A stretch of 64,000 nucleotides of DNA from Squalus acanthias (Eukaryota): positions 138,448,001-138,512,000 of the forward strand of contig CM059432.1 of the NCBI GenBank assembly GCA_030390025.1, given 5' to 3'. The notes beneath the pieces were generated by a model that did not search any database, was not told where the DNA came from, and saw only the letters and a list, made by a program, of their open reading frames with translations. The translations under genes and the position numbers were made by a program. Within the stretch, counting starts at the first letter, position 1; every line of letters begins with the position of its first letter. Below, one piece after another: positions 34,190 through 47,437 of this stretch.

Positions 34190-34959
34190 GCACCACAGAA
34201 GTGCCAGGCAATGACTATCTCCAACAAGCGAGAGTCTAACCACCTCCCCTTGACATTCAACGGCATTACCATCGCCGAATCCCCCACCATCAACATCCTG
34301 GGGGTCACCATTGACTGGACCAGCCACATAAATACTGTGGCAAAAAGAGCAGGTCAGAGGCTGGGTATTCTGCGGTGAGTGTCCCACCTCCTGACTCCCC
34401 AAAGCCTTTCTACCATCTACAAGGCACAAGTTAGGAGTATGATGGAATACTCTCCATTTGCCTGGATGAGTGCAGCTCCAACAACACTCAAGAAGCTCGA
34501 CACCATCCAGAACAAAGCAGCCCGCTTGATTGGCACCCCATCCACCACCTTAAACATTCACTCCCTCCACCACCGGCGTACCGTGGCTGCAGTGTGTACC
34601 ATCTACAAGATGCACTGCAGCAACTCGCCAAAGCTTCTTCGGCAGCACCTCCCAAACCCGCGACCTCTTCCACCTAGAAGGACAAGGGCAGCAGGCACAT
34701 GGGAACACCACCACCTCCAAGATCCCCTCCAAGTCACACACTATCCTGACATAGAAGTATATCGCTGATCCTTCATCGTCGCTGGGTCAATATCCTGGAA
34801 CTCTCTCCCTAACAGCACTGTGGGAGTACCTTCACCACACGGACTGCAGCAGTTCAAGAAGGTGGCTCACCACCACCTTCTCAAGGGCAATTAGGGTTGG
34901 GCAATAAATGCTGGCCTTGCCAGCGACGCCCACATCCCATGAACGAATACAAAAAAAAA
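34190..34959 (+). mobile_element. Non-LTR retrotransposon 3' end, same family as 29323-29891
   Basis: INILGVTID, LLTPQSLSTIYKAQVRSMMEYSP; poly(A). Confidence 0.82.
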
Positions 34960-35678
34960 GTTTTTTTGTTAGTACCAACCAGGGCAAAGGTTTTTTGTCA
35001 CTACATAGAGAGATCAGAGCAATGCTTTCCCCATTGCTGGGGTCAGACCGGAGGCATTATTACTGAATATCCAAGCACGATATATTGAATCATGATGGTG
35101 ACACAGTGTGCCCAAATAAAGGAAATCATTCCATTTCCAAATGAAAAGAAAAGCATATTGTTCTTCACAGCCTGGGTGGAGTTTTCAAACCCCGGAAATC
35201 TTATTTTCTCTCAGGTAGGATTGTACTGTATCACCCTTTCAGTATAAACTCTCCCATTGTCACAAATTAAAGCAGCGAACCGGAACATATGACCTTTGAC
35301 GCTGCAAAAGCAACAAAGGTGCAACAGCAACACTGTAGCAAGCCCTACTAAGATAAGCGAACTCAACATGGACCAGGGATCGATCCGGTGACGTTCTTGG
35401 TCTGTACAGTTCAATTCCACAGTAGGCAGTGAATCGACCAACTGAGCAGCCTGTAGACTTTGCTACTTACTGGAGCACCTGGTAAAATTCAATTAAAATT
35501 TTAGAAGATTACCAGTAGGTGCTTTGTAACAGAATGCATTACTAAAGATGCACACGGTGGGGGTAATTATAACTTCTTCCAAACGAAGATCGAGAGAGGT
35601 TTGCTTTTGTACTTGCTGCTCCTCTTTATAAAACAGTGGTTCCTCTATGCTTTTATATAGTGGCCCATCTGATACCGT

Positions 35679-36300
35679 GGGGGGGAATTTTAACCCCCCA
35701 AAAAAGCGGGTGGGTTGGGGGTTGGGTGGGAGGGTAAAGTAATAGAAATGTGAATCCCAACCCCAAACTACCTCCATCCCGCCCACTTTAACAGAGTCAG
35801 GATGGCGGGGGGGGGGGCGAGCAGCCAACCCGCTCCCAGGAGGCGGCTTGGCACTTTAAATATTGGGCCAGAAATTCAGCTGTTGTCGGGTCTTCCTGTC
35901 AAATCTATGAATGAAAATGCCCTGCTAGGATTGGCTCTCCATGGCCCACGTGATCCCAGGGGACGCTTCGAACTAACTGCGCCCCTGGGATACACGCAGC
36001 ACTGCGCGCCGGCAGCTGGAGGAGGCCCAGGACCCGAAGTCATCGTGGGCCCAAAGCACAACTGCAGGCGCAGTGGGCAAGTACGCGCGCGATGCTTGCA
36101 CCCGCAGGAAGCCGGAAAGCCGAATTTCTGGCCCATTATAATGAGGCTGGAAGCCTCTGATTTAACTTGCGAATCAGACCACCCCCTCCCCCCCCCGGGG
36201 TCAGGGTTCGCACCCACCTGTGCACTTCCAGGTGTCCCGCACTCTACTGCCCCCACCGCCTCCCCACTCCAGTTGGGCCAAAAACTTAAAATTCCGGCCC
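35679..36300. mobile_element. Harbinger-like element with a nested younger MITE
   Basis: GGAATTTTAA / TTAAAATTCCGGCC termini; homologous to the right part of 38600-39752. Confidence 0.6.
35865..36134. mobile_element. Harbinger-like MITE (270 bp)
   Basis: Perfect 13-bp TIR GGGCCAGAAATTC, ATT TSD. Confidence 0.82.
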
Positions 36301-37047
36301 GTCTGTTTAACACTGTCGCCAAAGCTTCAAGTTGCTCCCAGCTCATTGGCTGTAAAACGCTTCGGGAGGTCCTGAAAAGCGCTGTTTAAATGCACAAGTT
36401 CTTTCCTTCTTTAGTGTTTGAGTCCCAATAATGGAGTTGGAAATTTGTGACGCACATCTGACGGATCACTTCTCAAGTCCAAGACGACAGATAGTCCTTG
36501 GTCACGATTGGGTTTTTACAGCCGGGGCTTATTCTGCGTGGCGTTTGGCACACGAAAACAGCGAAAGGGAAAGCGCGCCTGGCAGGATCCGTCTCAGGAA
36601 ACGACGAGAAATATTTTACTGGGCATTCGCTTAAAAACGGCTGCGGTGTGCTGGTCAGGGTGGGCTGGAAATCGGCCGGCTCCTACACCGCGTGGACTGG
36701 CGGGTCATGTCTCCGGGTGGGTGGGTGGGGGAAAGAGGCGATGCCAGGGGAGAACGGGCTTCTAATGTGCCAGCAGTGGCTCCGAGTTTTTTCCTCGGCC
36801 TAATCTCATTTACTTGACTCCTAAAATTACAGAAACCGTTTTGTAAAATTATTTAATCTAATTTCTCAATAAATTTTACTTCAATTTCCAAATTAACTTC
36901 ACTCGCTCTATTTTACATTCAATATTCATTTTATTCCCAACACCATCAAAATAATACATTCTCTGCTGTAACCATATAAAACTTTTATAAAATATCATTT
37001 CATCTGACTCTCCATCAGCAACCTTGGAAGTTCCATATTTTCAGATT

Positions 37048-37950
37048 CATAGCACGCCATAGCACAGAAGGAGGCCATTCAGTCCATCACCTGTGCTGGA
37101 TCTCCATTAAGTGTTATCCATTTAGTCCCATTCCCCTGCCTTTCACATTTTTCTTTTGCAAATACTTATCCACGTCTCTTTTAAAAGCTTCCATGGATCC
37201 TGTTTCCACCATTGTTTCTGGCAGGACATCCCATTCCATGCACAGAACAAAAAAAACCTCTTAACCTCTCCCTCTGTTCTTTTGGTGATGATGTTAAATT
37301 TATGCCCTCAAGTTATCGACTCAAAGAGTGAAAATAGTTTTTCCCTATTTACCTCATCAAAACCCCTCATAATTTTGAACACCTCTATCAGATCTCCTCT
37401 GGACTTTATTTATTCTAATAAAAAGAGTCCCACATTCTCTAGTCTTTCCTCATCACAAAAACCACTCATCCTTGATATCAGCCCAGCTAATCTCTTCTGG
37501 ACAGCCTCCAAGAAATCCTTCAGAGAAAGACACCCAAAATGGGACATAATATTCTAACTGCAAAGCAATGATTTGTATAGGCTTGATGTTACCTCTTTGC
37601 TTTTATACTTGCTGCCCCTCCTTATAACACATTGGTTCCCATATGCTTTTATATAGCTTTATCAACTTGTCCTCCCATTTTTTAAGATTTATATAACTGA
37701 ACCCCTCGTCGCTGTGCTCCTCTATTCCTTTTAAAGTTTTACCATTTAGTGCACATTTCCTCGCATTTATTCTTCGCCTCAAAATGTACACCTCTCATTT
37801 CCTCACATTAATGCTTTTTTCTGATACCTATCTGCCCAATTTACTAACATGTCCTCCTGAAGTCACTTACAGCCTGCTTCACGGTTAACCGTGTCCCCAA
37901 CACCAATTCCTGGTGAACACCACTGTTTTCAAACCTACTGTCTGAAAAAC
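37048..37950 (-). mobile_element. Old degraded CR1 LINE
   Basis: CR1 tail and decayed RT-downstream sequence. Confidence 0.65.
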
Positions 37951-38039
37951 AGCCACAGGTAGGATCTTGCTGAAAGGACATAAAATAGTGACTAGTGGTT
38001 AATGCATTTCCTTTAATACCATGCGCCTTAATTTTAATC

Positions 38040-38355
38040 CTCCAGCCCCACTAGACTCCGAGACATCTGCGCTCCCCCAATTCTGACCTTTTGCGCATCC
38101 CCGATTTTCGACCGCTCCACCATTGGCGGCCGTGAATTCTGCTGCCAAGGCCCTGAACTCTGGAATTCCCGCCCTAAACCCTCTCCGCCTCTCTCTCTTT
38201 TCTTTTCAGACTCTCCTTAAAACCTACCTCTTTGTCCAAGCTTTTGCTCATCTGTCCTAATATCTCATTAAGTGCCTTGGTGTCTGATAACCGTACTGTG
38301 ATGTGCCTTGGGGTGTTCTACTCGTTAAAGGCGCTATATAAATGCAAGTTGGTGT
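38040..38355 (+). mobile_element. L2 LINE 3' end
   Basis: Homology to other L2 ends. Confidence 0.78.
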
Positions 38356-38599
38356 TAACAGGTTTCCTATGCACCTGCTCATCAAATGCCTTTTGAAAAT
38401 CCATATATACAACATCCAATGCATTTCCTTTATCAATACATTCCATTATTTCCTTAAAGCACTCTATTTAATTTATCAGACACAACTTGCCATTTATAAA
38501 CAAAAGCCAAATACTGCGGATGCTGGAAATCTGAACTAAGCACAAAAAATGCAGGTAATATTCAGCAGATCAGGCAGCAGCTATGGAGAGAGAAACAAA

Positions 38600-39752
38600 G
38601 GCCGAAATTTTACCAGGTAGGCGGGTTGGGGGCAGGGGGGGGCTCCAAGGCGGGCGGGAAACGCGGGAGGCTGGCTTTCCCGCAGGCCCTGCCGACTTTA
38701 ACAGCGGGGCCTGATCTGAATGTGAGGCCTCGGATTCCCGCCCGCAGCCAGCCAGATTGAGAGGCCAGCCGGCTGCGGTCGGGTAGGCCTCAGAAGCGAG
38801 GGGCCGGTCCGGGGGAGGGATCGCGGGAGGAGGACCGGCAATCAGCAGGGGTCGGGGATCGCGGGGGGGGGAGAGCATTGGCAGGGTCGGGGATCGGGGG
38901 AGGGGGGAGAGAGCATCAGCAGGGGTCGGGGATCGGGAGGGGGGGAGAGAGCGTCGGCAGGGGTCGGGGATCGGGAGGGGGGGAGAGAGCGTTGGCAGGG
39001 GTCGGGATCGGGAGGGGGGGAGAGAGCATCAGCAGGGGTCGGGGATCGGGAGGGGGGAGAGAGCGTTGGCAGGGGTCGGGGATCGGGAGGGGGGGAGAGA
39101 GCGTTGGCAGGGTCGGGGATCGGGAGGGGGCGGGGAGAGAGCATCGGCAGGGGTCGGGATCGGGAGGGGGGGGAGAGAGCGTTGGCAGGGGTCGGGGATC
39201 GGGAGGGGGGGAGAGAGCATCAGCAGGGGTTGGGGATCGGGAGGGGGGGGGAGAGAGCATCAGCAGGGGTCGGGGATCGGGAGGGGGGGAGAGAGCATTG
39301 GCAGGGGTCAGGGATTGGGAGGGGGGGAGAGAGGATCGTGGCCGGCCTCATCATCAACGTTGGGGAGAGGGGGAGGGAGGCCTAGGAAGGTGAACAGAGG
39401 TCCGGGGTGAGGAGTCTCTGATTGCGGTGGGTGGGTTAGGCAGGGACTCTGGATCCAGGAGCTAGGTATAAAGCCACTAACCGCCCGGAAGCAGCCGTCC
39501 TCACCTCGGTTTAACAGCTGGGTTTCACGAATTGTGTGAAACCCGTCCACATGCAGTTAAACACAAAATGGAGGGGAAAATAGAGGTTTCCAGCCTCATT
39601 ACAATATTTAAATTGAGGTAACGCCCCCCGGGAGCGGGTTGGTTGCCAGCCCTGCCCCCATTCCACCTCCGGGCGGGATCAGGTCGGGAATCCCATTTTT
39701 AACACTTTATTAACTGCCAAACCCACCCGTTTTTTTAGGGGAAATTCCGGCC
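38600..39752. mobile_element. Harbinger-like non-autonomous element carrying a G-rich tandem array
   Basis: Termini GGCCGAAATTT / AAATTCCGGCC. Confidence 0.65.
38805..39335 (+). repeat. G-rich minisatellite of about 38-41 bp, about 13 units
   Basis: Unit GGCAGGGGTCGGGGATCGGGAGGGGGGGAGAGAGC(A/G)T(C/T). Confidence 0.93.
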
Positions 39753-40691
39753 AGAGTGTTAATATTTCAGGTCGGTGACCTTTGGTCTCTCCACAGATGC
39801 TGCCTGATCTGCTGAGTACTTTCAGCACATCTGCTTTTATTGGGGTTTTATAAACCTGGCTATCCTCGATTAACATAAGCCTTTCTAAGAAAGATGTGTG
39901 GAAAAATAAATCATGGGCGAAGGAAGAAAGATTTACGCTTTAGGGAACAATGGATGGAACGGCAGGATATGAGACGGAAAATGCCAGTAAATATCCTAGA
40001 AAACCCATGCAATCAAAAAAATCAAATCCAACTGCTCGAGTCACTATAAACTAGTGGCCCAAATACAAGCGGACGTAATCCTCAAAACAGAAGTAAATAT
40101 TCCATGCAATAAAAACAGAAGCTGACTTATTCAGTTACCAAAAAAACTGTAGCCCTGATCATGGGACGATGCCACTTAAGAGTGCTAGTGCATTATCACA
40201 TTGTCGCTAGCACACACTGTATTATCAGCCAGCCAGCTGGTTAAAAAAGAATGAAAAACATGCATTGCACTCATCAGCGTTCCCCTTATATACACTATAA
40301 CCTACGTAATCAGCGGGTACTCAAGTATGGTAACAAGGAGTTACTAATTGAAAGCCTTTGTGAATTGCTCTTGAATTTTAACTGCAGTAGCAGAACACTA
40401 ATCTGAGCACCAGCAGCCTGCACAGATCAGTAATCCGAACAGGGGTGATAGCTCTTAGCAATTCCTATTGCCAATTCCCCAGGAGCGGTTCGACCACGTG
40501 ACTTTGCGAAGCTATCCCATCGCATTTTCCATTAGCGTCGCAAGAATTCCCTCCAAAGTCGTGCTTCTGGTTTAAAATCGACAGCGGGAGCTGGGGACTG
40601 AAGTCGGGAGAGGGGTTTCCCTCTGCAAGTCATGGTGCTGTAGGAAATCAGTGCGTTCCTTTCAGCTGTTGCTTCATGCTAGTCCTCCAGC

Positions 40692-41430
40692 AGCAACCTG
40701 CATTTATATTGCGCCCTTAACGTAGTAAAGCGTCCCAAGGCGCTTCACAGGAGCGTTAACAACCAAAAACCTAACACTGAGCCACATAAGGAGCTAGTAG
40801 AAGAGGTGACCAAAAGCTCGGTCAAAGAGGTTTTAAGGAGCGTCTTAAAGGAGGAGAGGTTGAGAGACGGAGAGGTTTAGGGAGGGAATTCCAGAGTTTA
40901 GGGCCCAGGCAGCTGAAGGCACGGCCGCCAATGGTGGAGCGATTAAAATCGGGGATGCGCAAGAGGCCAGAATTGGAGGAGCGCAGAGATCTCGGACGTT
41001 TTGTAGGGCTGGAGGAGGTTACAGAGATGGGGAGGGGCGAGACCATGGAGGGATTTGAACACAAGGATGAGAATTTTAAATGCGCGGCATTGGCGGACCG
41101 GGAGTCAATGTAGGTCAGTGAGCACAGGGGGTGATGGGTGAACGGGCCTTGGTGCGAGTTAGAATACGGGCAGCAGAGTTTTGGATGAGCTCAAGTTTAT
41201 GGAAAGCAGGGAGGGGAGCATTTGAATAGAGGTAACAAAGACACGGATAAGGATTTCAGCAGCCGGTGGGCTTTGGCAGGGACAGAGACGGGCGATATTA
41301 AGGAGGTGGAATTAGGCAGTCTTGGTGATGGAGAAGATAAGGGGTCGGAAGCACAGCTCAGGGTCAAATAGGACACCGAGATTGTGAACTGTCTGGTTCA
41401 GCCTCAGACAGTGGCCAGGGAGGCGGATGG
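40692..41430 (-). mobile_element. L2 LINE 3' portion
   Basis: Longest L2 piece in the window, with tail and coding remnant. Confidence 0.85.
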
Positions 41431-41754
41431 GGTCAGTGCTGTGATGTTGTATTTAAATAGCAATTTTCCCTCCTGACTTTAAACCTGTGACTGTTCACAT
41501 TATTCCTCCATTTTCTTTAGAGCCATCAGTCCATGCATCAAATTCTGAGCAATGCGTCATTATTCAAAGCAAATCGCTATTTTAAGCTGTGTTCGGCACC
41601 AACCAGTTTGAATTAGTGGTGTGCTACTGTAGTAGGATTTTTTTTAATAAAGTAGCTCAATTGGAAATGAAACGTCATGCAATTTGTAATTTTAGATAGA
41701 CTGGCACCGAATCGCTTTAAATGTCATGCCAAATGACCCCCCCCTCTCTTGCAT

Positions 41755-41876
41755 ATTAAGGGAATCGGGCGGGAAAGTGGAGTTGAGGTAGAAGATCAGC
41801 CATGATCTTATTGAATGGCGGAGCAGGCTCGAGGGGCCAAATGGCTGACTCCAGCTCCTAATTCTTATGTTCTTAT
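41755..41876 (+). mobile_element. CR1 3' tail
   Basis: gatcagccatgatcttattgaatggcggagcaggctcgaggggcc. Confidence 0.75.
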
Positions 41877-42882
41877 TTTTTTTTACAAAGCAAAGAGAAA
41901 AATCTTAAATAGATCTAATGGTAATTAGAAAGTCCAATAAAGAATAAGCACAACTCTCAAGATGCTATTGTCATTATCAATGCTTTGGGGAACTTGGTTA
42001 TGTAGTCCTTTAGTGAATTGTTAAAACTGTGACCCAAATACAGTCAGGTAGCTACTTAACAACAACTTGTATTTATATAGCACCTTTAACTTAGTAAAAC
42101 GTCCCAAGGCGCCTCACAGGAGTGATCATCAGACAGAATTTGGCCTCGAGCCACCTAAGGCTCAATGAACTCTTATTTCAAGGTAACTGTTATAAAGGTT
42201 TTATATATATTTAAAAAAATAACTTATTAGAATTAATGATTCCATAGACTTTCTTCCTCCCCCAGTGCGATGTTAAAGGTTCCAAGGAAATCTAAACACA
42301 AAGCACAGTTACCACTTGGGACCACATTAGAGTGTTTAATTAGGATAAGAAGAACTGAAGACTAATGACATGATCTTTGCCATGACATTCTCTACCTGCC
42401 AAATTCATGAAGCCTTTTATTCCTTGGAGCACTGAGTTTCCTTCGGATGCTGCCTAACGTAAACATGTTTTCCATACCTTGAAGAAATACCCGCATCAGG
42501 AAGAGTAACTATAATGTAAAACCTAATAAATTATTGATTATTGATAGATTAATTTCGAGCCAATGAAATATAGATGCACCTGATGATATCCGCCAACATT
42601 TTGGAGTGTGTTGATTGCAATAACTGACAACGTTTTCCGGTGTGAACTCACACACGTCCAAGTTTAGTTAAATAATTAACTTACTTGTAACTGTCTGTGA
42701 ATTAAACTTTAGCCCAGAGACAGATTAGTTCAAAATCATTTCCATTGACCTGTGGTTAGGATTGTTCAAATGCAGCCAACACCAGTAAGTGAATCTGGAT
42801 CCTGGTAGGATGCAGTCTCGGCTTGCCCTGTGGCTAGGGTTGCCAACCCTCCAGGATTGGCCTGGAGTCTCCAGGAATTAAA

Positions 42883-45477
42883 ATCATAGGGGGGGAAAAT
42901 TCAGTTACTTTGCACCGCCCGTTAGCGCCCTAAGAGGGCGCTCACGGGGCGCAAAGCAGCTAGCGCCGCTCGCGAAATTGACCAGTCGTTTTGCGGCGGC
43001 GCTAATCACTACCGCCACGATCTCCTGCAGCCCGCAGATTGTGACATCAGTCAAGCGTGCAACTCCCCGGTAGCGCCCCAGACCGGATATTGAGTCGCGC
43101 CCCCTGCCTTAGCGCCTGCCGCTAGGAACGGCAGGTAGAGGGAAACGTTTTCAAGCCGGTAAGGGGCTGGGGGAGCACTATTTAAAGGCGGGCACTTCCT
43201 GCCTTTTCTTGTCGGCAAAATTTTTGGTTTTAAGGAGTTTTGGCCCTCAGCACCACTTTTGAGGTTCCTAAGCGCCGAGCTCTTTCCCTGGGCCTATCCA
43301 TTAGTGCTTCCAACACAATTGCTTTAGCGGTCTCTCCAGGCCGAGATTCAAGGCTGCAGTGAGCAGGGTGTGGCTGGCCAGCAAGATAGCCCCTCCCCTT
43401 TAAGAACTGGACGGCGCCAGTCTGTCTGGCTTCCATGGTAACTGACATCGCCTGAGCTTCGGTAGCATTCTGAGGTAGCGCCTCGCTCCCTGATGTTTGC
43501 GCCTGATTTAACGCTCAAATCACCTCCAGGGGCGATAGAGGCAAATTTTGCAGTCAGAGGCGATAATTAGCGGGGCGCTGAACTTTGCGCCCGGCCGATA
43601 TTAGCGCCCCAAAATGGGTGATACCCAATTTTTCCCCCATAGAATAGTTACACAGAAGGAGGCTATTCGGCCTGTCGAGCCCGTGCCGGCTCTCTGCAAG
43701 AGCAATTCAGCTTGTCTCACTCCCCTGCCCTTTCCCCGTAGCCCTGCAAAATTTTTTCCTTCAGGTACTTATCCAAGTCCCTTTTGAAAGCCACAATTGA
43801 ATCTGCCTCCACCACCCTTTCAGGCAGTGCATTCCAGATCCTAACCACTCGCTGCATAAAAAAGTTTTTCCTCATGTCGCCTTTGGTTCTTTTGCCAATC
43901 ACCTTAAATCTGTGTCCTCTGGTTCTCGATCCTTCTGCCAATGGGAACAGTTTCTCTCTATCTACTCTGTCCAGGCCCCTCATGATTTTGAATACCTCTA
44001 TCAAATCTCCTCTCAACTTTCTCTGCTCAAAGGAGAATAACCCCAGCTTCTCCAGTCTATCCACGTAACTGAAGTCCCTCATCCCTGGAACCATTCTCGT
44101 AAATCTTTTCTGCACCCTCTCTAAGGCCTTCACATCCTTCCTAAAGTGCGGTGCCCAGAATTGGACACAATACTCCAGTTGAGGTCGAACCAGTGTTTTA
44201 TAAAGGTTCATCATAACTTCCTTGCTGATGTACTCTATGCCTCTATTTATGAAGCCCAGGATCCCGAATGCTTTTTTAACCGCTTTCTCAACCTGCCCTG
44301 CCACTGTCAATGATTTGTGCACATATACCCACAGGTCTCTCTGTTTCTGCGCCCCCTTTAGAATTGTACCCTTTAGTTTATATTGCCTCTCCTTGTTCTT
44401 CCTACCAAAATGTATCACTTTGCACTTTTCTGCATTAAATTTCATCTGCCACGTGTCCGCCCATTCCACCAGCCTGTCTATGTCCTCTTGAAGTCTATCA
44501 CTATCCTCCTCACTGTTCACTATACTTCCAAGTTTTGTGTCATCTGCAAATTTTGAAATTGTGCCCTGTACACCCAAGTCCAAGTCATCAATATATATCA
44601 AGAAAAGCAGTGGTCCTAGTACCGACCCCTGGGGAACACCACTGTATACCTTCCTCTAGTCCGAAAAACAACCGTTCACCACTACTTTCTGTTTCCTGTC
44701 ATTTAGCCAATTTTGTATCCATGCTGCCACTGTCCCTTTTATTCCATGGGCTTCAACTTTGCTGGCAGGCCTATTATGTGGCACTTTGTCAAACACCTTT
44801 TGGAAGTCCATGTACACCACATCAACCGCATTGCCCTCATCAACCCTCTCTGTTACCTCATCAAAAAACTCAATCAAGTTAGTTAAACATGATTTGCCTT
44901 TAACAAATCCGTGCTGGTTTTCCTTAATTAATCCACACTTGTCCAAGTGACTGTTAATTTTGACCCGGATTATCGTTTCTAAAAGCTTCCCCACTACTGA
45001 GGTTAAACTGACTGGCCTGTAGTTACTGGGTTTATCCTTACACCCTTTTTTGAACAAGGGTGTAACATTTGCAATTCTCTAGTCCTCTGGCACCAACCCC
45101 GTATCCAAGGAGGATTGGAAGATTATGGCCAGTACCTCCATAATTTCCACCTTTACTTCCCACAGCATCCTAGGATGCATCCCATCCGGTCCTGGTGACT
45201 TATCTACTTTAAGTACAGCCAGCCTTTCTAGTACCTCCTCCTTATCAATTTTTATCCCATCCAGTATCTCAACTACCTCCTCTTTCACTTTGACTTTGGC
45301 AGCATCTTCTTCCTTGGTAAAGACAGATGAAAAGTACTCATTTAGCACCTCAGCCATGCCCTCTGCCTCCATGCGTAGCTCTCCATTTTGGTTCCTAATC
45401 GGCTCCACCCCTCCTCTTACTACCCGTTTACTATTTATACGCCGATAGAAGACATTTGGATTTCCTTTTATGTTAGC
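42883..45477 (-). mobile_element. 5'-truncated CR1 LINE (ORF2 RT region with in-frame stops)
   Basis: KSPGPDGMHPR, NYRPVSLTSVVGKLLE, QHGFVKGKSCLTNL, YMDFQK, FADDTKL; AATTAAA TSD at 42876-42882 and 45478-45484. Confidence 0.95.
42889..43638. mobile_element. Harbinger-like non-autonomous element inserted in the CR1 tail
   Basis: GGGGG..AAAATT / AATTTTTCCCCC termini, ATA TSD; related to 62615-63507. Confidence 0.78.
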
Positions 45478-45872
45478 AATTAAAGATTAATCTCCAGGAC
45501 ACTGCTGCAAGCAACCCAGGAGAGAGAAAAAAATCATAGGGGCAATAAAAACATTGATTTAAAAACATTTTTAAATTCTTTGAACGCTTTTGTTTATTAG
45601 TTATAAAAATATTGGAAATGGGAACAAAAAAAAAGCTGTTTGACCGGGTGGGGCGGTTGGAGGCGGGAAGTCTGTGAAGAAACCTCCAGGAATACATCCA
45701 ACTAGAGTTGGCAACCCTCCCTGTGGGCGCCTCCGGTGTCTTCAGTTTGCTGGCTAGCTTCCAATTGGTTAGGCACACTGCCCCCGTTCATAAACCATTT
45801 GGACACTGAGGGGGTTGTATCACTTTTGATTGATAAAGACGCCAGGCTGGTTACAGGAAACACGAAAGGCAA

Positions 45873-47092
45873 TAGCCGCGATTTCCCCAACCTCAGCAGG
45901 TTCGGTGCAGCCGGGGTCGGTGGCGGGTCCCGACCTCGCTGCCGGCACGAGCCCGCTCCGTGAAATGATTTTACGCTGATTGGGCTTGTTAAGCCCGCCC
46001 AGCGCGTTTCCTGGCCAATTCAAGGAAGCGGGTCTGATGTCATTAGATGACGCGTCATCAGCCGGTTTCCTTAACGGGACCATGCGCAAATTTATTTTGA
46101 CAGTTCTGCTGCATTGAGGTGCTGCAAACACTGACGAGCACTGCACAGGGGTGCACGGCTGCACCCAGGCTCTCCCATGACTCCCTCCATCTGCTTATGG
46201 AGGGAGTCACAGCATGCAGGGAGGTTCGCTTCCCTTCCCATGGGCGGAAGAGGCCTCCCCAGGAGATCAACACAGCCTGGTTGCACATTGCACAGGAGGC
46301 CACAAGCAGGGATGTTGTCAGGAGGACCAGGCTGCAGTGGGGCAAACCTTTCAATGATCACAGTACATCACGAAACATTACTGCAAAGCCACACACAACC
46401 TCATCCTGCTGTACCACTCATCACATCCCCATCCCTCAGCCTTCCCTACCCTATCCTGCACATCCTTACTCACACCAACTTACCTTGCACCTCCACCCAT
46501 CCCTCTCTATCTACATTATCACATCCCCAACTCACGAGCCACCCCTCACACTCACCCTCATCCTAGTCTAATCATACCAACTAACAATGCACAAGGGTAG
46601 CCACTTGTGTGTTTTAGCCAATGTTCATGTGAAGTTTCTGTTAATGTGCTGTCAAACATTGAAATCTTTATTTTCAACACTTTGTGTTCTTGGACAGATT
46701 TGTGTGCACCTTTGGAAGTGGCTTAGTGAGTTGCAGTGAATGGTGAGACATAACGGTACTCCCCGCAATAGTGATGAGTGTGAGAGGAATGGCTTGGGCA
46801 TTGTAGGGATGCTTTATGGTGATGGTGTGGGGTGGTGCCAACCTGGCGCATCATGTGGCAGCCATGGTGTACAGCGTCAAGTGAAGTAAATCTGGCCATG
46901 GTGAGGCCATCCCTGGCCTCCTGGCAGCAATGCGGTCGGGTGCTGATGCCCTGTGTCCTGTGCAGCATCAGTTGATTGCGGAGAAGGTTGGTGTTGTTGT
47001 TGGTGCTGCTGGTGTGCTCCCAACCCGCTGTCAGAATTTTTTTTCCCCCCACCCGACCCGCCACCAAACGCGCCCGCTGACCCCCCGAATTG
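45873..47092 (+). mobile_element. Internally deleted PIF/Harbinger transposon with a Myb/SANT-like ORF remnant
   Basis: 46158-46358 translates AAPRLSHDSLHLLMEGV...FPSHGRKRPP...AWLHIAQEAT...RTRLQWGKPFND, the NAIF1-type Myb-like pattern; boundaries approximate. Confidence 0.68.
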
Positions 47093-47219
47093 AGTATTCG
47101 TCAGACCCCCATCTGAAGTACTGTACTCGGTTTTGGGCACCGCACCTCAGGAAGGGTATATTGGTCTTGGAAAGGGAGCAGCGCAGATTCGCCAGAATGA
47201 TTCTGGTGCTAAGATTTCT

Positions 47220-47437
47220 CCTGGTGACCTGGGCGATATTTATCCCTCAACCAACATCACTAAAAAAAAAACCAGATCATCTGGTCGTGTATCAGATTGC
47301 TGTTTGTGGGATCTCGCTATGCACAAATTGGCTGCCGGTTTTTCCTATATTACAACAGTGACTACACTACTAAAGTACTTCATTGGCTGTAAAATGCTTT
47401 GGGACGTCCTGAGGTTATATAAATGCAAGTGCTTTCT
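47220..47437 (+). mobile_element. SacSINE1-like 3' part
   Basis: Deu 3' half plus tail. Confidence 0.8.

Larger units (their letters stand above)
38503..39842. mobile_element. Degenerate Penelope-like fold-back element split by a Harbinger-like insertion
   Basis: 38503-38599 and 39753-39842 match the 30349-30570 family. Confidence 0.55.
42835..45719 (+). mobile_element. hAT-like MITE split by a CR1 insertion
   Basis: TIR TAGGGTTGCCAAC / GTTGGCAACCCT; 8-bp TSD CCTGTGGC / CCTGTGGG. Confidence 0.78.

Noticed and set aside
38842..39410. Gly/Arg- and Pro-rich ORFs
   Set aside because: Translations of the G-rich tandem repeat
39757..39800. Further hammerhead copy
   Set aside because: CUGANGA box and stem III palindrome are destroyed
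43717..45408. RT ORFs as an active LINE
   Set aside because: 5'-truncated, no endonuclease domain, broken by stops
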